DNA from: Actinomycetota bacterium
GTDB taxonomy: Bacteria; Actinomycetota; UBA4738
Reading direction: 5' to 3'
Assembly (NCBI GenBank): GCA_044870295.1
Contig: JBIOYQ010000190.1
Span: 1-41,238, forward strand
DNA length: 41,238 bases
This document shows, one piece after another, positions 1 through 9,348 of the stretch (positions are counted from its first letter, which is position 1; every line of letters begins with the position of its first letter). The notes below the pieces were generated by a model that searched no databases, had not been told where the DNA came from, and worked only from the letters and a program-made list of their open reading frames with translations. The position numbers were made by a program, and so were the translations under genes.

Positions 1-1
1 C

Positions 2-3000
2 GCCGAGCTGGCCGTCGCTGGCGGCTTCCTGACCATCCCGGTGGCCGCCGACGAGGAGATCCGCGGTCCCCTCCTCCTGGCCCGCTCCATCCTGGGCTCG
101 CCCGAGGGGGCCGCCGTCACCAGCGGCACACCGGCCGCCGCCGACATCGAGCGAAGCCTGAACGCGCTGTCCGGCCACGACGACCCCGGCCTGGACAGCC
201 TTCCCCCCGACCCGAAGCTCCTGCGCACCCTGGACCTGGCCGCCATCGCCATCCGCACCCTGACCTCGGCCCAGCCGGTGGCGCTGCTGGTCGACGACCT
301 GCAGTGGACCGACGACGACAGCCTGCGGCTCATCCGCTACCTCGTCCGCTCGGCCGCATCCAGCCCCTTGTTCTTCATGGCCGCGATCCGACCCGAGGAG
401 TTCGCCACCGTCACCGAGGCGGTGAACCTCATCGCCGACATGGAGCGGCTCGGGATCGTGCGGCGGCTCAAGGTCAGCCGGTTCACCCAGGTGGAGACCG
501 CCGAGTTCCTCCGCCAGCTGCTCGGCGGCAAGGTCGATCCCGGGAGCGCCGCCGCCATGCACGGCCAGGCCGAGGGCGTCCCCTTCATCGTCGAGGAGCT
601 GGCGCACGCCTACCGCGAGGGCGCGATGATCCAGGAGATCGACGGCACGTGGAAGCTGGCCAAGAACGCCGAGCGCCTGGTTCCGTCGGCCGTCCGCACC
701 CTGATCTCGCGCCGGGCGGCGCACGTGCCGGACGAGACCCGGGCAGCCATGGCCGAGGCCGCCATCCTCGGACGCCACTTCAGCTTGAAGGATCTCCAGG
801 CGATCAGGATCCAGCTCGGCGAGGGGGAGCCCACCATCGACGCGCTGGACGAGACCCTGGCCCCGGCCGTGGCCGGCGGCCTCCTGGTGAAGCACCCCAA
901 GGACGCTCCCGCCGACTACAGCTTCTCCCACGACCAGGTGCGCGAGTTCGCCGTCGCCTCCCTCCCGCCGGCGAAGGGGCGCGCCATCCACCGGGCCATC
1001 GTCGACCTGCTGATGGTGGGCGATCCCGCGCCGGAGAGCCTCCCGTTGCTGGCCCATCACGCGAAGGAGGCCGGGGACAGCGACGTCTGCGTCAAGTTCT
1101 CCATCCAGGCAACCCGCAACGCCCTGGCCGCGAACGCCCCCGAGGAAGTCATGCGCGTCATCGACGTGTCCCTCCCGCTGGCGTCCACCCCCAGGAGCGG
1201 CTGGCCCTGCTCCAGGCGCGCGACGACGCGCTCGACATGCTGCGCCGTTCCAGCGACCGACTGGAGGGTCTGGCCGAATTCGCCGCCCTGGCAGAAGCGA
1301 TGGGCGACGCCCACCTGGAGATGGACGTGCAGCTCCGCCGGTCGGCCGCGCTGCAGCTCTGTGAGGAATGGGACGAGGCGGCGACGCTGGCGCGGACCAT
1401 CCGCCGGCGGGCCACCGAAGGCGGCGACGCCAAGGCCGAGCTGGCGGCGTGCCTGGAGCTGGGGCAGGCGCTGCTGCACGCGCGCCTCGGGGAAGCCTTC
1501 TCCATGTCCGGCCACGACATCGATCTCGATGCGGCCGAGGAGGCTTACCTCCGCGCCGTCGAGCTCGCCGAACAGCAGGCCGACGTGCTGGCCGAGGCCG
1601 GCGCGTCCCGTGAGCTGGGCGTGATCCATATGGGACGGGCACGTGCATGGTTCGTCGAGCAAGCCCTGGCCGGCGAGCACATGCAGATCCTGGCGAGAGT
1701 GGCGGGCGGCGAGCGGTTGGAGGACATGGTCGCCAGCACACCCATCGCCGGCGACATTCGCGCCGCATCCGAGCGCATCGAGCACGCCCTGCGCCTCTAC
1801 GAGCAGGCCGGCGACCGGCGTGGCGCCATGGCCTCGATCATCGCCCTGGCCTACGTGAACTGGTCGCCGGACATCCACTTCGGGTCGGGGGCGGGGCGGC
1901 ACATCGAGGAGATCCGCCGCCTGGCCTCCCGCATGGACACGCTGACCAAGGAGAGCGAACGGTCCCTGGCCGAGGCCCAGATGCTGTACGGCGCCCACGT
2001 GTTCTCCCGGGCGAAGGTGGTGCCCGACCTGGCGATCTCCCGTGGCGCGGAGGCTCACCGGCAGGCCAAGGTCATCGGGGAGCGGCACCTGGAATTCCTG
2101 GCGGCGGGCGGGACGGCCATGGCGCACTTGGACGTCGGTGACCTGTCGGAGGCCGGCCGATGGGTGGACCTGGCTGCGGCGGCAGCCGCGGAGGCCCCAT
2201 CGCCGTTCCGAGCCCGGATGCTCGAGATGTGGCGCGGGTCGGTCCAGGCCGCGGAGGGTGATGTGCGCGGCATGCGGGCGCACCTCGAGCGGGCCGTGCA
2301 ACTCGCCACGGAGCAGGGGCTCCCCGCCGCCAGGAGCGAGACGCTGGCGCTTCTGGCGTTGAAGGCCGCGTCGTTCGGGGCGGAGCGCAACGACGAGGAG
2401 CTGCTGTCCCTGGCCGAGGCGGCGGCGAACGAGGCCAAGGCGTTGAAGGAGCCGCTTCCCGGGCACGCACCGTGGGGCGCCCAGGCCGACGCCGCTCTGG
2501 CTCACGTGGCACTGGCGCGCGGAGCTAAGGAGGAAGCCCTGCGATACGCCATGGCTGCGGTCGATCACCTGCAGTCGGCCATGCAGGAGGACCTGCACGT
2601 CGAGATCCTTCTGCCGGTGGCCGAGGTGCTCACGGTCGCCGGGCCCGAGGAAGGCCGGCAGATGCTTCAGTTCTTCCTTCAGGTGATGCTGGCCCTGACC
2701 GCGCAGCGCACCCTGGACGAGCAGACGCGGGTGCGATGGTTCCGGGGCCCCACGGGGAGCCGGCTGGTGCAGCTGGCCGGATCGCTCGACCTCATGGCTA
2801 TGCAGCCCGGCGACGGCGACGCCGGCCCTGCACTGGATGACGCCGACGTGCAGCTGTTGAAGGCATTGACCGAGGGCCTGACCAATCGGGAGATCGCCGA
2901 GCGCACGGGCCAGGTCGAGACCGAAGTGGCGCGCCGTCTCGCCGAGATGTTCGCCCGTCTGGGCACGCCGACGCGATCGGACGCCACCGCGTTCGCCTTC

Positions 3001-3018
3001 CGTGAACGGGTGGTGTAG
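2..3018 (+). CDS. Large STAND/AAA ATPase - TPR-like helical - LuxR HTH regulator (LAL/MalT-like); 5'-truncated by the window, with an apparent 1-nt frameshift at 1188-1192
   Basis: The frame of ORF 41..1624 is open from nt 2 and has a Walker B-like LLVDDLQWTD, a GVPFIVEEL motif and YSFSHDQVRE. After ...LASTP the protein-like sequence continues in the frame of ORF 304..3018 (QERLALLQARDD...) and ends in a LuxR-type HTH (LLKALTEGLTNREIAERTG...RSDATAFA). Walker A lies upstream of the window. Confidence 0.8.
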   Translation, partial: RAGRRWRLPDHPGGRRRGDPRSPPPGPLHPGLARGGRRHQRHTGRRRHRAKPERAVRPRRPRPGQPSPRPEAPAHPGPGRHRHPHPDLGPAGGAAGRRPAVDRRRQPAAHPLPRPLGRIQPLVLHGRDPTRGVRHRHRGGEPHRRHGAARDRAAAQGQPVHPGGDRRVPPPAARRQGRSRERRRHARPGRGRPLHRRGAGARLPRGRDDPGDRRHVEAGQERRAPGSVGRPHPDLAPGGARAGRDPGSHGRGRHPRTPLQLEGSPGDQDPARRGGAHHRRAGRDPGPGRGRRPPGEAPQGRSRRLQLLPRPGARVRRRLPPAGEGARHPPGHRRPADGGRSRAGEPPVAGPSREGGRGQRRLRQVLHPGNPQRPGRERPRGSHARHRRVPPAGVHPQERLALLQARDDALDMLRRSSDRLEGLAEFAALAEAMGDAHLEMDVQLRRSAALQLCEEWDEAATLARTIRRRATEGGDAKAELAACLELGQALLHARLGEAFSMSGHDIDLDAAEEAYLRAVELAEQQADVLAEAGASRELGVIHMGRARAWFVEQALAGEHMQILARVAGGERLEDMVASTPIAGDIRAASERIEHALRLYEQAGDRRGAMASIIALAYVNWSPDIHFGSGAGRHIEEIRRLASRMDTLTKESERSLAEAQMLYGAHVFSRAKVVPDLAISRGAEAHRQAKVIGERHLEFLAAGGTAMAHLDVGDLSEAGRWVDLAAAAAAEAPSPFRARMLEMWRGSVQAAEGDVRGMRAHLERAVQLATEQGLPAARSETLALLALKAASFGAERNDEELLSLAEAAANEAKALKEPLPGHAPWGAQADAALAHVALARGAKEEALRYAMAAVDHLQSAMQEDLHVEILLPVAEVLTVAGPEEGRQMLQFFLQVMLALTAQRTLDEQTRVRWFRGPTGSRLVQLAGSLDLMAMQPGDGDAGPALDDADVQLLKALTEGLTNREIAERTGQVETEVARRLAEMFARLGTPTRSDATAFAFRERVV

Positions 3019-3022
3019 CGAA

Positions 3023-3754
3023 GTGCTGAAGGCGCGGGTCGACCGGCACAAGTGCGTGGGAGCGGGCAACTGCATCACCATCGCCCCGACCGCGTTCGAC
3101 TGGGTCGAGGGGGACTACGGCAAGGCCGATGTGCTCGACGTATCCACCATCGAGGAGGAGCAGCTCCGCGAGGCCGCCCTCTCCTGCCCCACCAGCGCCA
3201 TCGTGATCGAGGAGGTGGACCAGCTCCTCCCGTGGCAGCTGCGCGGGAAGTCGGCGACGCGCCGGGTGCAGCGGACGTTCATGTTCACCGACATCGTGAA
3301 GTCCACGAACCTGGTGGAGGCGCTCGGAGACGAGGCCTGGCAGGGCGTGCTGCGATGGCACGACGAGACACTGCGATCCCAGTTCGTGGCGCACCGGGGT
3401 GACGAGGTGGCGGCCACCGGCGACGGCTTCTTCGTGGCGTTCGAGTCGCCGGACGAGGCCCTGGCCTGCGCCGTGGCCATCCAACGCAAGCTCGCCGAGC
3501 ACCGCCAGACCGCCGGGTTCGCCCCACCGGTGCGGATCGGATTGCACGCCGCCGGCGCCACCCAGGTGGGCCGAAACTTCAGCGGGAAGGGCGTGCACGA
3601 GGCCTCGCGCATCGCCGGGCTCGCCGGGGGCGGTGAGATCATCGCCAGCCGGGAGACGGCGACGGGCGGCCGGTTTCCGATCTCCGAGCCACGAACGGTG
3701 GAGCTCCGCGGGTCCTCCGAGCCCGTCGAGGTCGTCACCGTCGACTGGAAGTAA
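3023..3754 (+). CDS. Ferredoxin (monocluster, 3Fe-4S-like) fused to a class III nucleotidyl cyclase domain
   Basis: GTG start 4 nt after the upstream TAG. The N-terminus has CVGAGNC...CPTSAI. The C-terminus has FTDIVKST, TGDGFFVAF, VRIGLH and VHEASRI cyclase motifs. Confidence 0.85.
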   Translation: MLKARVDRHKCVGAGNCITIAPTAFDWVEGDYGKADVLDVSTIEEEQLREAALSCPTSAIVIEEVDQLLPWQLRGKSATRRVQRTFMFTDIVKSTNLVEALGDEAWQGVLRWHDETLRSQFVAHRGDEVAATGDGFFVAFESPDEALACAVAIQRKLAEHRQTAGFAPPVRIGLHAAGATQVGRNFSGKGVHEASRIAGLAGGGEIIASRETATGGRFPISEPRTVELRGSSEPVEVVTVDWK

Positions 3755-3780
3755 GGTCATCCCATCAGGGAGGAGGCGCC

Positions 3781-4071
3781 ATGTTCGCACGAGTGACGGT
3801 GGTGCAGGGCTCGCCCGACCGCTACGACGACGCGGTCAGGGTCATCAACGAACGGGCCGTGCCGGGAGCCAAGCAGATTCCCGGTCTCGTGGCCGGGTAT
3901 TGGGCGGCCGACCGGTCCTCGGGCAAGGTCGTGACGTTCGCCGTCTTCGAGACGGAGGAAGCGCTGAAGGCCAGCGAGGAGCAGGTTCGCGAGCTTCGGG
4001 AGCGTTCGGTCGCCGAGGCGGGCGGGCAGATCGTCAGCGTCGAGACCTACGAGATCGTCGGTCAGGCCTGA
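3781..4071 (+). CDS. Small dimeric alpha/beta-barrel (ABM-like) protein
   Basis: GGAGG RBS upstream. The 96-aa MFARVT...PG..AGYW...GK....VFETEEAL pattern is typical of DABB/ABM-like proteins. Confidence 0.65.
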   Translation: MFARVTVVQGSPDRYDDAVRVINERAVPGAKQIPGLVAGYWAADRSSGKVVTFAVFETEEALKASEEQVRELRERSVAEAGGQIVSVETYEIVGQA

Positions 4072-5006
4072 GCCTCTCCAAGGTCCCGCTCCCGAACGAC
4101 GCATCTGAACCCGATATGGGTGGTCGAGGTGTCGACCGTCTCGCTCTGCCGGGCCGCGGGGCGATAGCGGAGACAGTAGTTCGGCGCGCAGAGGTGTGAG
4201 CCCCCCTTGATCACTCGCCGAGGGATGTGTGCGCCGGGCTGCCCGGGGACCAGGCTCTCCTCCGCGGTCACGCCGCCGGGTCGCTCCGGCGCGCAGCAGA
4301 CGGGCTTCGGCTGGTCGAGTCGGAACGACCCGAAATAGTCTGCGGTCCACTCCCACACGTTGCCGGCCATGTCGTACAGCCCATAGCCGTTCGGCGGGAA
4401 GCTCTTCACCGGCGACGTCCCCTCGAATCCGTCAGTCTCGAGGTTCTGCCAGGGGAACTCGCCCTGCCACGTGTTGGCCATCATCTTGCCCTTCGGCGTG
4501 AATTCGTTTCCCCAGGTGAACGCGGCCTGCTCGAGTCCCCCACGCGCCGCGAACTCCCACTCGGCTTCCGTGGGCAGCTCCTTGCCCGCCCACACCGCGT
4601 AGGCCTCGGCGTCCTCGAACGCGACATGGGTGACGGGGTGCCTCTCCCGCCCGTTGAGGTCGGTTCGGGGACCCTCCGGACGGCGCCACTCGGCGCCCGG
4701 GGTGTAGGTCCACCAGTTGGAGACATCGCGCAGGTCCACCGGACCCGCCGCCTTGCGGAACACGAGCGAACCGGAGACGAGGAGGTCCGGATCCGCGTCC
4801 GGGTACTGAGCCGGGTCGAGCGGTCGTTCGGCAACGGTCACGTACCCGGTCGCCGCCACGAAACGCCGGAACTCGGCCACGGTCACCGGGTGCTCGTCGA
4901 TCCAGAACGGGTCGACCGTGGCGCTATGAACCGGCGCTTCCTCCGGGTAGAAGTCCTCCGACCCCATGAGGAAGGTGCCACCCGGCATGCGAATCATGTC
5001 GTTCAT
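4062..5006 (-). CDS. Formylglycine-generating enzyme (SUMF1/FGE family sulfatase maturase)
   Basis: LPTEAEWEFAARGG, NGYGLYDMAGNVWEW, GGSHLCAPNYCLRYRPAAR and HIGFRC motifs; directly downstream of the sulfatase. Confidence 0.95.
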   Translation of the reverse strand: MNDMIRMPGGTFLMGSEDFYPEEAPVHSATVDPFWIDEHPVTVAEFRRFVAATGYVTVAERPLDPAQYPDADPDLLVSGSLVFRKAAGPVDLRDVSNWWTYTPGAEWRRPEGPRTDLNGRERHPVTHVAFEDAEAYAVWAGKELPTEAEWEFAARGGLEQAAFTWGNEFTPKGKMMANTWQGEFPWQNLETDGFEGTSPVKSFPPNGYGLYDMAGNVWEWTADYFGSFRLDQPKPVCCAPERPGGVTAEESLVPGQPGAHIPRRVIKGGSHLCAPNYCLRYRPAARQSETVDTSTTHIGFRCVVRERDLGEAQA

Positions 5007-5021
5007 GCCTGCCCCCGGGGC

Positions 5022-7364
5022 TCACTCCCGGGCCATCATGGCCATGGCTTCCTTCTCGAGGTCGATGAACTGGTCCCCCGAGACGTCGACGATGGCCTCG
5101 TTGATCGTGCCCCCGGTGAACGCGTACGGGGACTGGCCGGAATAGTCGTCGGTGATCGGCTCGGCCGGGTCCCTCCCGACGTTCAATCCCTCCCCCACCA
5201 GGGAGAAGTTGCCGGGCTGGGTCACGATGTGCCCGCTCCCGACCTCCTCGTCGTTGACGTACAGCGTCAGCGTTCCTTCGGTCGGCATCCCACCGTTCTC
5301 CTTCTCGAACGTGGCCGCCAGCACGACCTTGCCGAGGGGGACGTCCTTCGTCGATTCGACGGTCTGCACCTTGCTGCCCACGAAGTTGTAGACGTACTTC
5401 AGCCTGTGATCCTTCACGTACAGCGCGTGGCCGCCGAACCGCGCGCCGTGGGAGAACAGCACGCCCTGGGCATCTTTGGAATCGATCTCGACGCCCACGG
5501 CGATGCTGTAGCTCCGGTTCCGGATGTTGACCGCCGCGGACTCCGGAACCTCCGCCGAATCGGGGTAGTAGACGTACCGGTCCCTGGGCGGAGCCACCTC
5601 GGGCCGGCTCGGGTCGGCGAGCACCTCGACCGCCGTGGAATCGATGAGGGGCAGACCGTTGTACATGCCGGCCAGGTGGAACCAGTGGTTGATCATCTCC
5701 TTCAGCTTCACCGGATGCTCCGCGGCCACGTCGTGGCTCTCCGTGGGGTCCTTCATCGTGTCGTAGAGCTCCCACCGGTCCTCATCGAAGTGCCCCCAGC
5801 CGGCGATGGTGGGGTGCACGCTCACGGCCTTCCATCCCTTGTGCCACACCGCTCGTGATCCGAGCATCGAGAAGAAGGCGCTCTCCTTGGGGGTGGGGAC
5901 GTCGTCGCTCTCGAACGTCGAGCGGAAGCTGACGCCCTCCAGCGGGATCTGCGGGTAGCCCTTGACGACGTCCGGCATCTCGATGCCGAGAAGGTCGTAC
6001 ATCGTCGGCACGATGTCGGTGGCGTGGAGGAACTGGTGCCGGAGCTCGCCCCGCGCGGCGAAGCCCTTCGGCCACGAGATCACCATGGGATCGGCCACCC
6101 CGCCCTCGAAGTTGTAGCGCTTCCACATCTTGAACGGGGTGTTGAAGGCCCACGCCCACCCCACGGGGTAGTGGTTGTACGTGGCGGGCGAACCCAGCTC
6201 GTCCAGGTACTTCAGGTTGTCCTGGATGTCGTCGGGGATCCCGTTGAAGAACTTGTTCTCGTTGACTGAGCCGTTCGGGCCACCCTCGCCGCTGGCGCCG
6301 TTGTCGGACACGAGCACGATGATGGTGTTCTCGCGCTGGCCGGATTCCTCGAGGAAGGCCAGCAGCCGGCCGATCTCGTGATCCGTGTGGCTCAGGAACC
6401 CGGCGTACACCTCGGCCATGCGGCTGAACAGCCGCTTCTCGTCGTCGGACAAGGAGCCCCACGGCCGCACCACATCGACCGGGTTCCAGGGCTTCCCGTC
6501 GACGCTCTTCTCCTCGGCGTAGGGGTTGAGAGCCGAGAGCTCGGCCTCCTCGGGGAAGATCCCCATCTTCTTCTGCCGCTCGAACACGAGCTCCCGGTAC
6601 GTCTCGTAGCCCATGTCGAACTTGCCCCGGTACTTCTCGATCCATTCCTTGGGGACGTGGTGCGGCGCGTGGGTGGCTCCGGGACAGAAGTACATGAAGA
6701 ACGGCTTGTCGGGGGCGATCATCTTCGCATCCTTGATGAACTCGATCGCCCTGTCGGTGAGGTCCGTCGTCAGGTGGTAGCCCTCCGCCGGTGTCGACGG
6801 CTGATCCACGGGGTGGTTGTCGTAGACGAGGTCCGGATACCACTGGTTGGTCTCGCCCCCCAGGAACCCGTAGTAGCGCTCGAATCCGCGGCCGACCGGC
6901 CAGTTGCGCTTCGTCGATGCCAGGTTCATCTCGTCGGACGCGACGAGATGCCATTTCCCAAGCATGTAGGTGTTCCAGCCCCGCTCGCTCAGGACTTCGG
7001 CGATGGTGGCGCACTCGAACGGGATATGGCCGTTCGAGTTGGGGAATCCGGTCGTGGCTTCCGCGATGCAGGCCATCCCGTTGGTCGTGTGGTTTCGCCC
7101 CGTCAGCAGCGAGGAGCGGGTCGGTGAGCAGAGGGCAGTGGTATGCCAGTTCGTGTAGGTGAGACCCGTCTTCGCGAACGAGTTGATGTTCGGCGTCTCG
7201 ATCAGTCCGCCCCATGGCTCCATGGCGGAGAAGCCGACGTCGTCCAGGACGATGTACAGCACGTTCGGCGCACCCTCGGGCGCCACCGGTTGCAGGTACG
7301 GGTCCCAGTCCGGGACCGAGTCGCGTGAGTCGATGTTGATGGTGCCCTTGAACCGCTTCGTCAT
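5022..7364 (-). CDS. Arylsulfatase (Cys-type, large cytoplasmic AtsA/AtsD-like)
   Basis: PNVLYIVLDDVG, signature CSPTRSSLLTGR, GKWHL and SDNGAS. ATG at 7364 with a GGAGG RBS at 7371-7375. Confidence 0.93.
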   Translation of the reverse strand: MTKRFKGTINIDSRDSVPDWDPYLQPVAPEGAPNVLYIVLDDVGFSAMEPWGGLIETPNINSFAKTGLTYTNWHTTALCSPTRSSLLTGRNHTTNGMACIAEATTGFPNSNGHIPFECATIAEVLSERGWNTYMLGKWHLVASDEMNLASTKRNWPVGRGFERYYGFLGGETNQWYPDLVYDNHPVDQPSTPAEGYHLTTDLTDRAIEFIKDAKMIAPDKPFFMYFCPGATHAPHHVPKEWIEKYRGKFDMGYETYRELVFERQKKMGIFPEEAELSALNPYAEEKSVDGKPWNPVDVVRPWGSLSDDEKRLFSRMAEVYAGFLSHTDHEIGRLLAFLEESGQRENTIIVLVSDNGASGEGGPNGSVNENKFFNGIPDDIQDNLKYLDELGSPATYNHYPVGWAWAFNTPFKMWKRYNFEGGVADPMVISWPKGFAARGELRHQFLHATDIVPTMYDLLGIEMPDVVKGYPQIPLEGVSFRSTFESDDVPTPKESAFFSMLGSRAVWHKGWKAVSVHPTIAGWGHFDEDRWELYDTMKDPTESHDVAAEHPVKLKEMINHWFHLAGMYNGLPLIDSTAVEVLADPSRPEVAPPRDRYVYYPDSAEVPESAAVNIRNRSYSIAVGVEIDSKDAQGVLFSHGARFGGHALYVKDHRLKYVYNFVGSKVQTVESTKDVPLGKVVLAATFEKENGGMPTEGTLTLYVNDEEVGSGHIVTQPGNFSLVGEGLNVGRDPAEPITDDYSGQSPYAFTGGTINEAIVDVSGDQFIDLEKEAMAMMARE

Positions 7365-7481
7365 TGCAGACCTCCGAACTTGGCCGCTCGATCGGCTCAC
7401 CGCCGCCCGGACATACGACAATGCGAGCGGCGGGGGGCCACTCGCGTCACTCGAGAATGGCTCTCGCGAGTGAAGACCGCT

Positions 7482-9239
7482 TCATCCCGACGGGGTGATA
7501 CGAGCGTCTCGCCGCGTCCGTTCGATCGCCTCACGTACGGTGGGGAACACGTTGTCGTCGATGACCTCCACCGCCCCGGCTCGCCGCCACAGCTCCAAGA
7601 CGGGCGAACTCACCCTGGCCAGCGCCAGGACGACGCCGTCGCGCTGCAACTCCCCGCCGATCTGGGCCACCATGTCGGCTCCATCCGTGTCCGTCTGGGA
7701 CACGGCCTCCCCGTCGATCACCACGGTTCGCAAGCCTGGCTCGCCGGCGATCATCTGGCGAAGCTCATCGCGGAATCGGGTCGCGTCCGCGAAGAAGAGC
7801 GGACCGTCGATCCGCACCACCACGACACCGGGCGTGGTCTCCAGGGCCGCGCCGTCCCCTTCGGCAAGGTACGCCTGGGAGCTCTTGTCCCAACCCAGGC
7901 GGCGGACCGCCGGCTTGGACGCCCGGCTGATCAACGCAAGGAGCGACATGACCACGCCGATGAGAACCCCCTGGATGATGCCGAGGAAGAGGATTCCCAG
8001 CAGCGCACCCATGGAGAACACCCAGTCCGACCGGTTCACCCGGAAGTACCGACCCACCGCATTGAAGTCGACCAAACCCACCATCGAGTCGATGACGACC
8101 GCCCCCAGCGTGGCGCTCGGGAGGTTCTCGAAGATCGAGGCGAGGAACAGCAGCGTCAGGAGGATGAACAGGGCATTGATCAGTGACGCCATCTGCGTCT
8201 TCTGGCCGGCCGCATCGGCAACCGACGTCTTCGACAGGCTTCCGTCGGAGGCGAAGCCTCCCACGAAGCCGGCGGCTGCGCATGCGGCACCCTCAGCCAC
8301 GAGCTCCTGGTTGGGATCGATGTCGTACCGATGCTTGAGCGCCATCGTCCGACCGGAAGCCAGCGTCTCCGAGAACCCCACGAAGACGATCGAGAACGCG
8401 CCGGCGATCAGCGAAAGGATGTCGTCCCACGGCATGTGCGGCACACCCACGTCGAACAAGCCCGTGGGCACGTTTCCCGTGATACTCACCCCGTGCTTCA
8501 TCAGATCGAACGCGGTCACGGCCAGGATCGAGAGGGCCATCACGATCAAGGCTCGCGGCCACCGCCTGAGGAATCGCCGCATCAGCAGCAGCGCCGCGAG
8601 CGAGAGGGCACCCACGGCCAGGGTGACGACGCTCGTGTGTGGAAGCTCCTTCAGCGTGTCGATGAGCTTCTGGACGTAGGTTCCCTCGGTTTTGGTCACG
8701 CCGAAGAGCTTGTAGGACTGGTCGATGATGATCCCGAGGGCGAACCCGAGGATGAAGCCCGCCAGGACCGCCTTCGACAGGAAGTTCGAGACCCAGCCCA
8801 TCCGGAGGATGCCCAGGAGCACGTAGACGACACCAGTCACGAGCGCGAGCGCCGCCGTGACCGGCACGAACGCCGATGTCCCAAGGGCGGCCGAGCCGGC
8901 GATCGGAGCGACGACGGCCGCCGACACCGCCGCGACCGTGGCGCTCGGACCCTGCGCCAGCTGCCGCGACGTCCCGAAGATCGCGTAGGCGATGAGCGCC
9001 GCGAACGACGTGTACAGGCCGAACTGCACCGGCACACCGGCGAGCGCCGCGTACGCGAGGCCCTGGGGCACGAGCAACGCCCACACGGAGAGGCCGGCCA
9101 CCGCGTCGCTGGTCAGCCAGGATCGTTGGTACCGGGGAAGCCAGTCGAGGACCGGCACGAATCGCCTGATCCGGCCCGGGCGAACCGTGGACGCAGTTGT
9201 GCCCTCCTTCGTTGACGGTGCCCCGCGTCCGATGGTCAC
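7482..9239 (-). CDS. SulP/SLC26 family anion transporter with C-terminal STAS domain
   Basis: PQGLAYAALAGVP..FGLY, FGTSRQL..GP and NQEL motifs, many TM segments, and STAS GPLFFA...D.DG. Confidence 0.92.
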   Translation of the reverse strand: MTIGRGAPSTKEGTTASTVRPGRIRRFVPVLDWLPRYQRSWLTSDAVAGLSVWALLVPQGLAYAALAGVPVQFGLYTSFAALIAYAIFGTSRQLAQGPSATVAAVSAAVVAPIAGSAALGTSAFVPVTAALALVTGVVYVLLGILRMGWVSNFLSKAVLAGFILGFALGIIIDQSYKLFGVTKTEGTYVQKLIDTLKELPHTSVVTLAVGALSLAALLLMRRFLRRWPRALIVMALSILAVTAFDLMKHGVSITGNVPTGLFDVGVPHMPWDDILSLIAGAFSIVFVGFSETLASGRTMALKHRYDIDPNQELVAEGAACAAAGFVGGFASDGSLSKTSVADAAGQKTQMASLINALFILLTLLFLASIFENLPSATLGAVVIDSMVGLVDFNAVGRYFRVNRSDWVFSMGALLGILFLGIIQGVLIGVVMSLLALISRASKPAVRRLGWDKSSQAYLAEGDGAALETTPGVVVVRIDGPLFFADATRFRDELRQMIAGEPGLRTVVIDGEAVSQTDTDGADMVAQIGGELQRDGVVLALARVSSPVLELWRRAGAVEVIDDNVFPTVREAIERTRRDARITPSG

Positions 9240-9348
9240 CCTCGCTCTTCTGGTTCCACTCTTTCAGCGAACCTTCCTGACTCGGCTGCCGCATCACCCG
9301 ATCCAGGTGATGCGTCCTGCGCGCCCGATCCGGTTCGCTGTTCGTCCG

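Noticed and set aside
1057-3081. Long antisense or alternate-frame ORFs (e.g. 1057..3081, 4227..5858, 20519..22414, 36220..38217, 40165..41163)
   Set aside because: Shadow ORFs caused by high GC3. They are Arg/Pro/Gly-rich or mirror real genes and carry no motifs.
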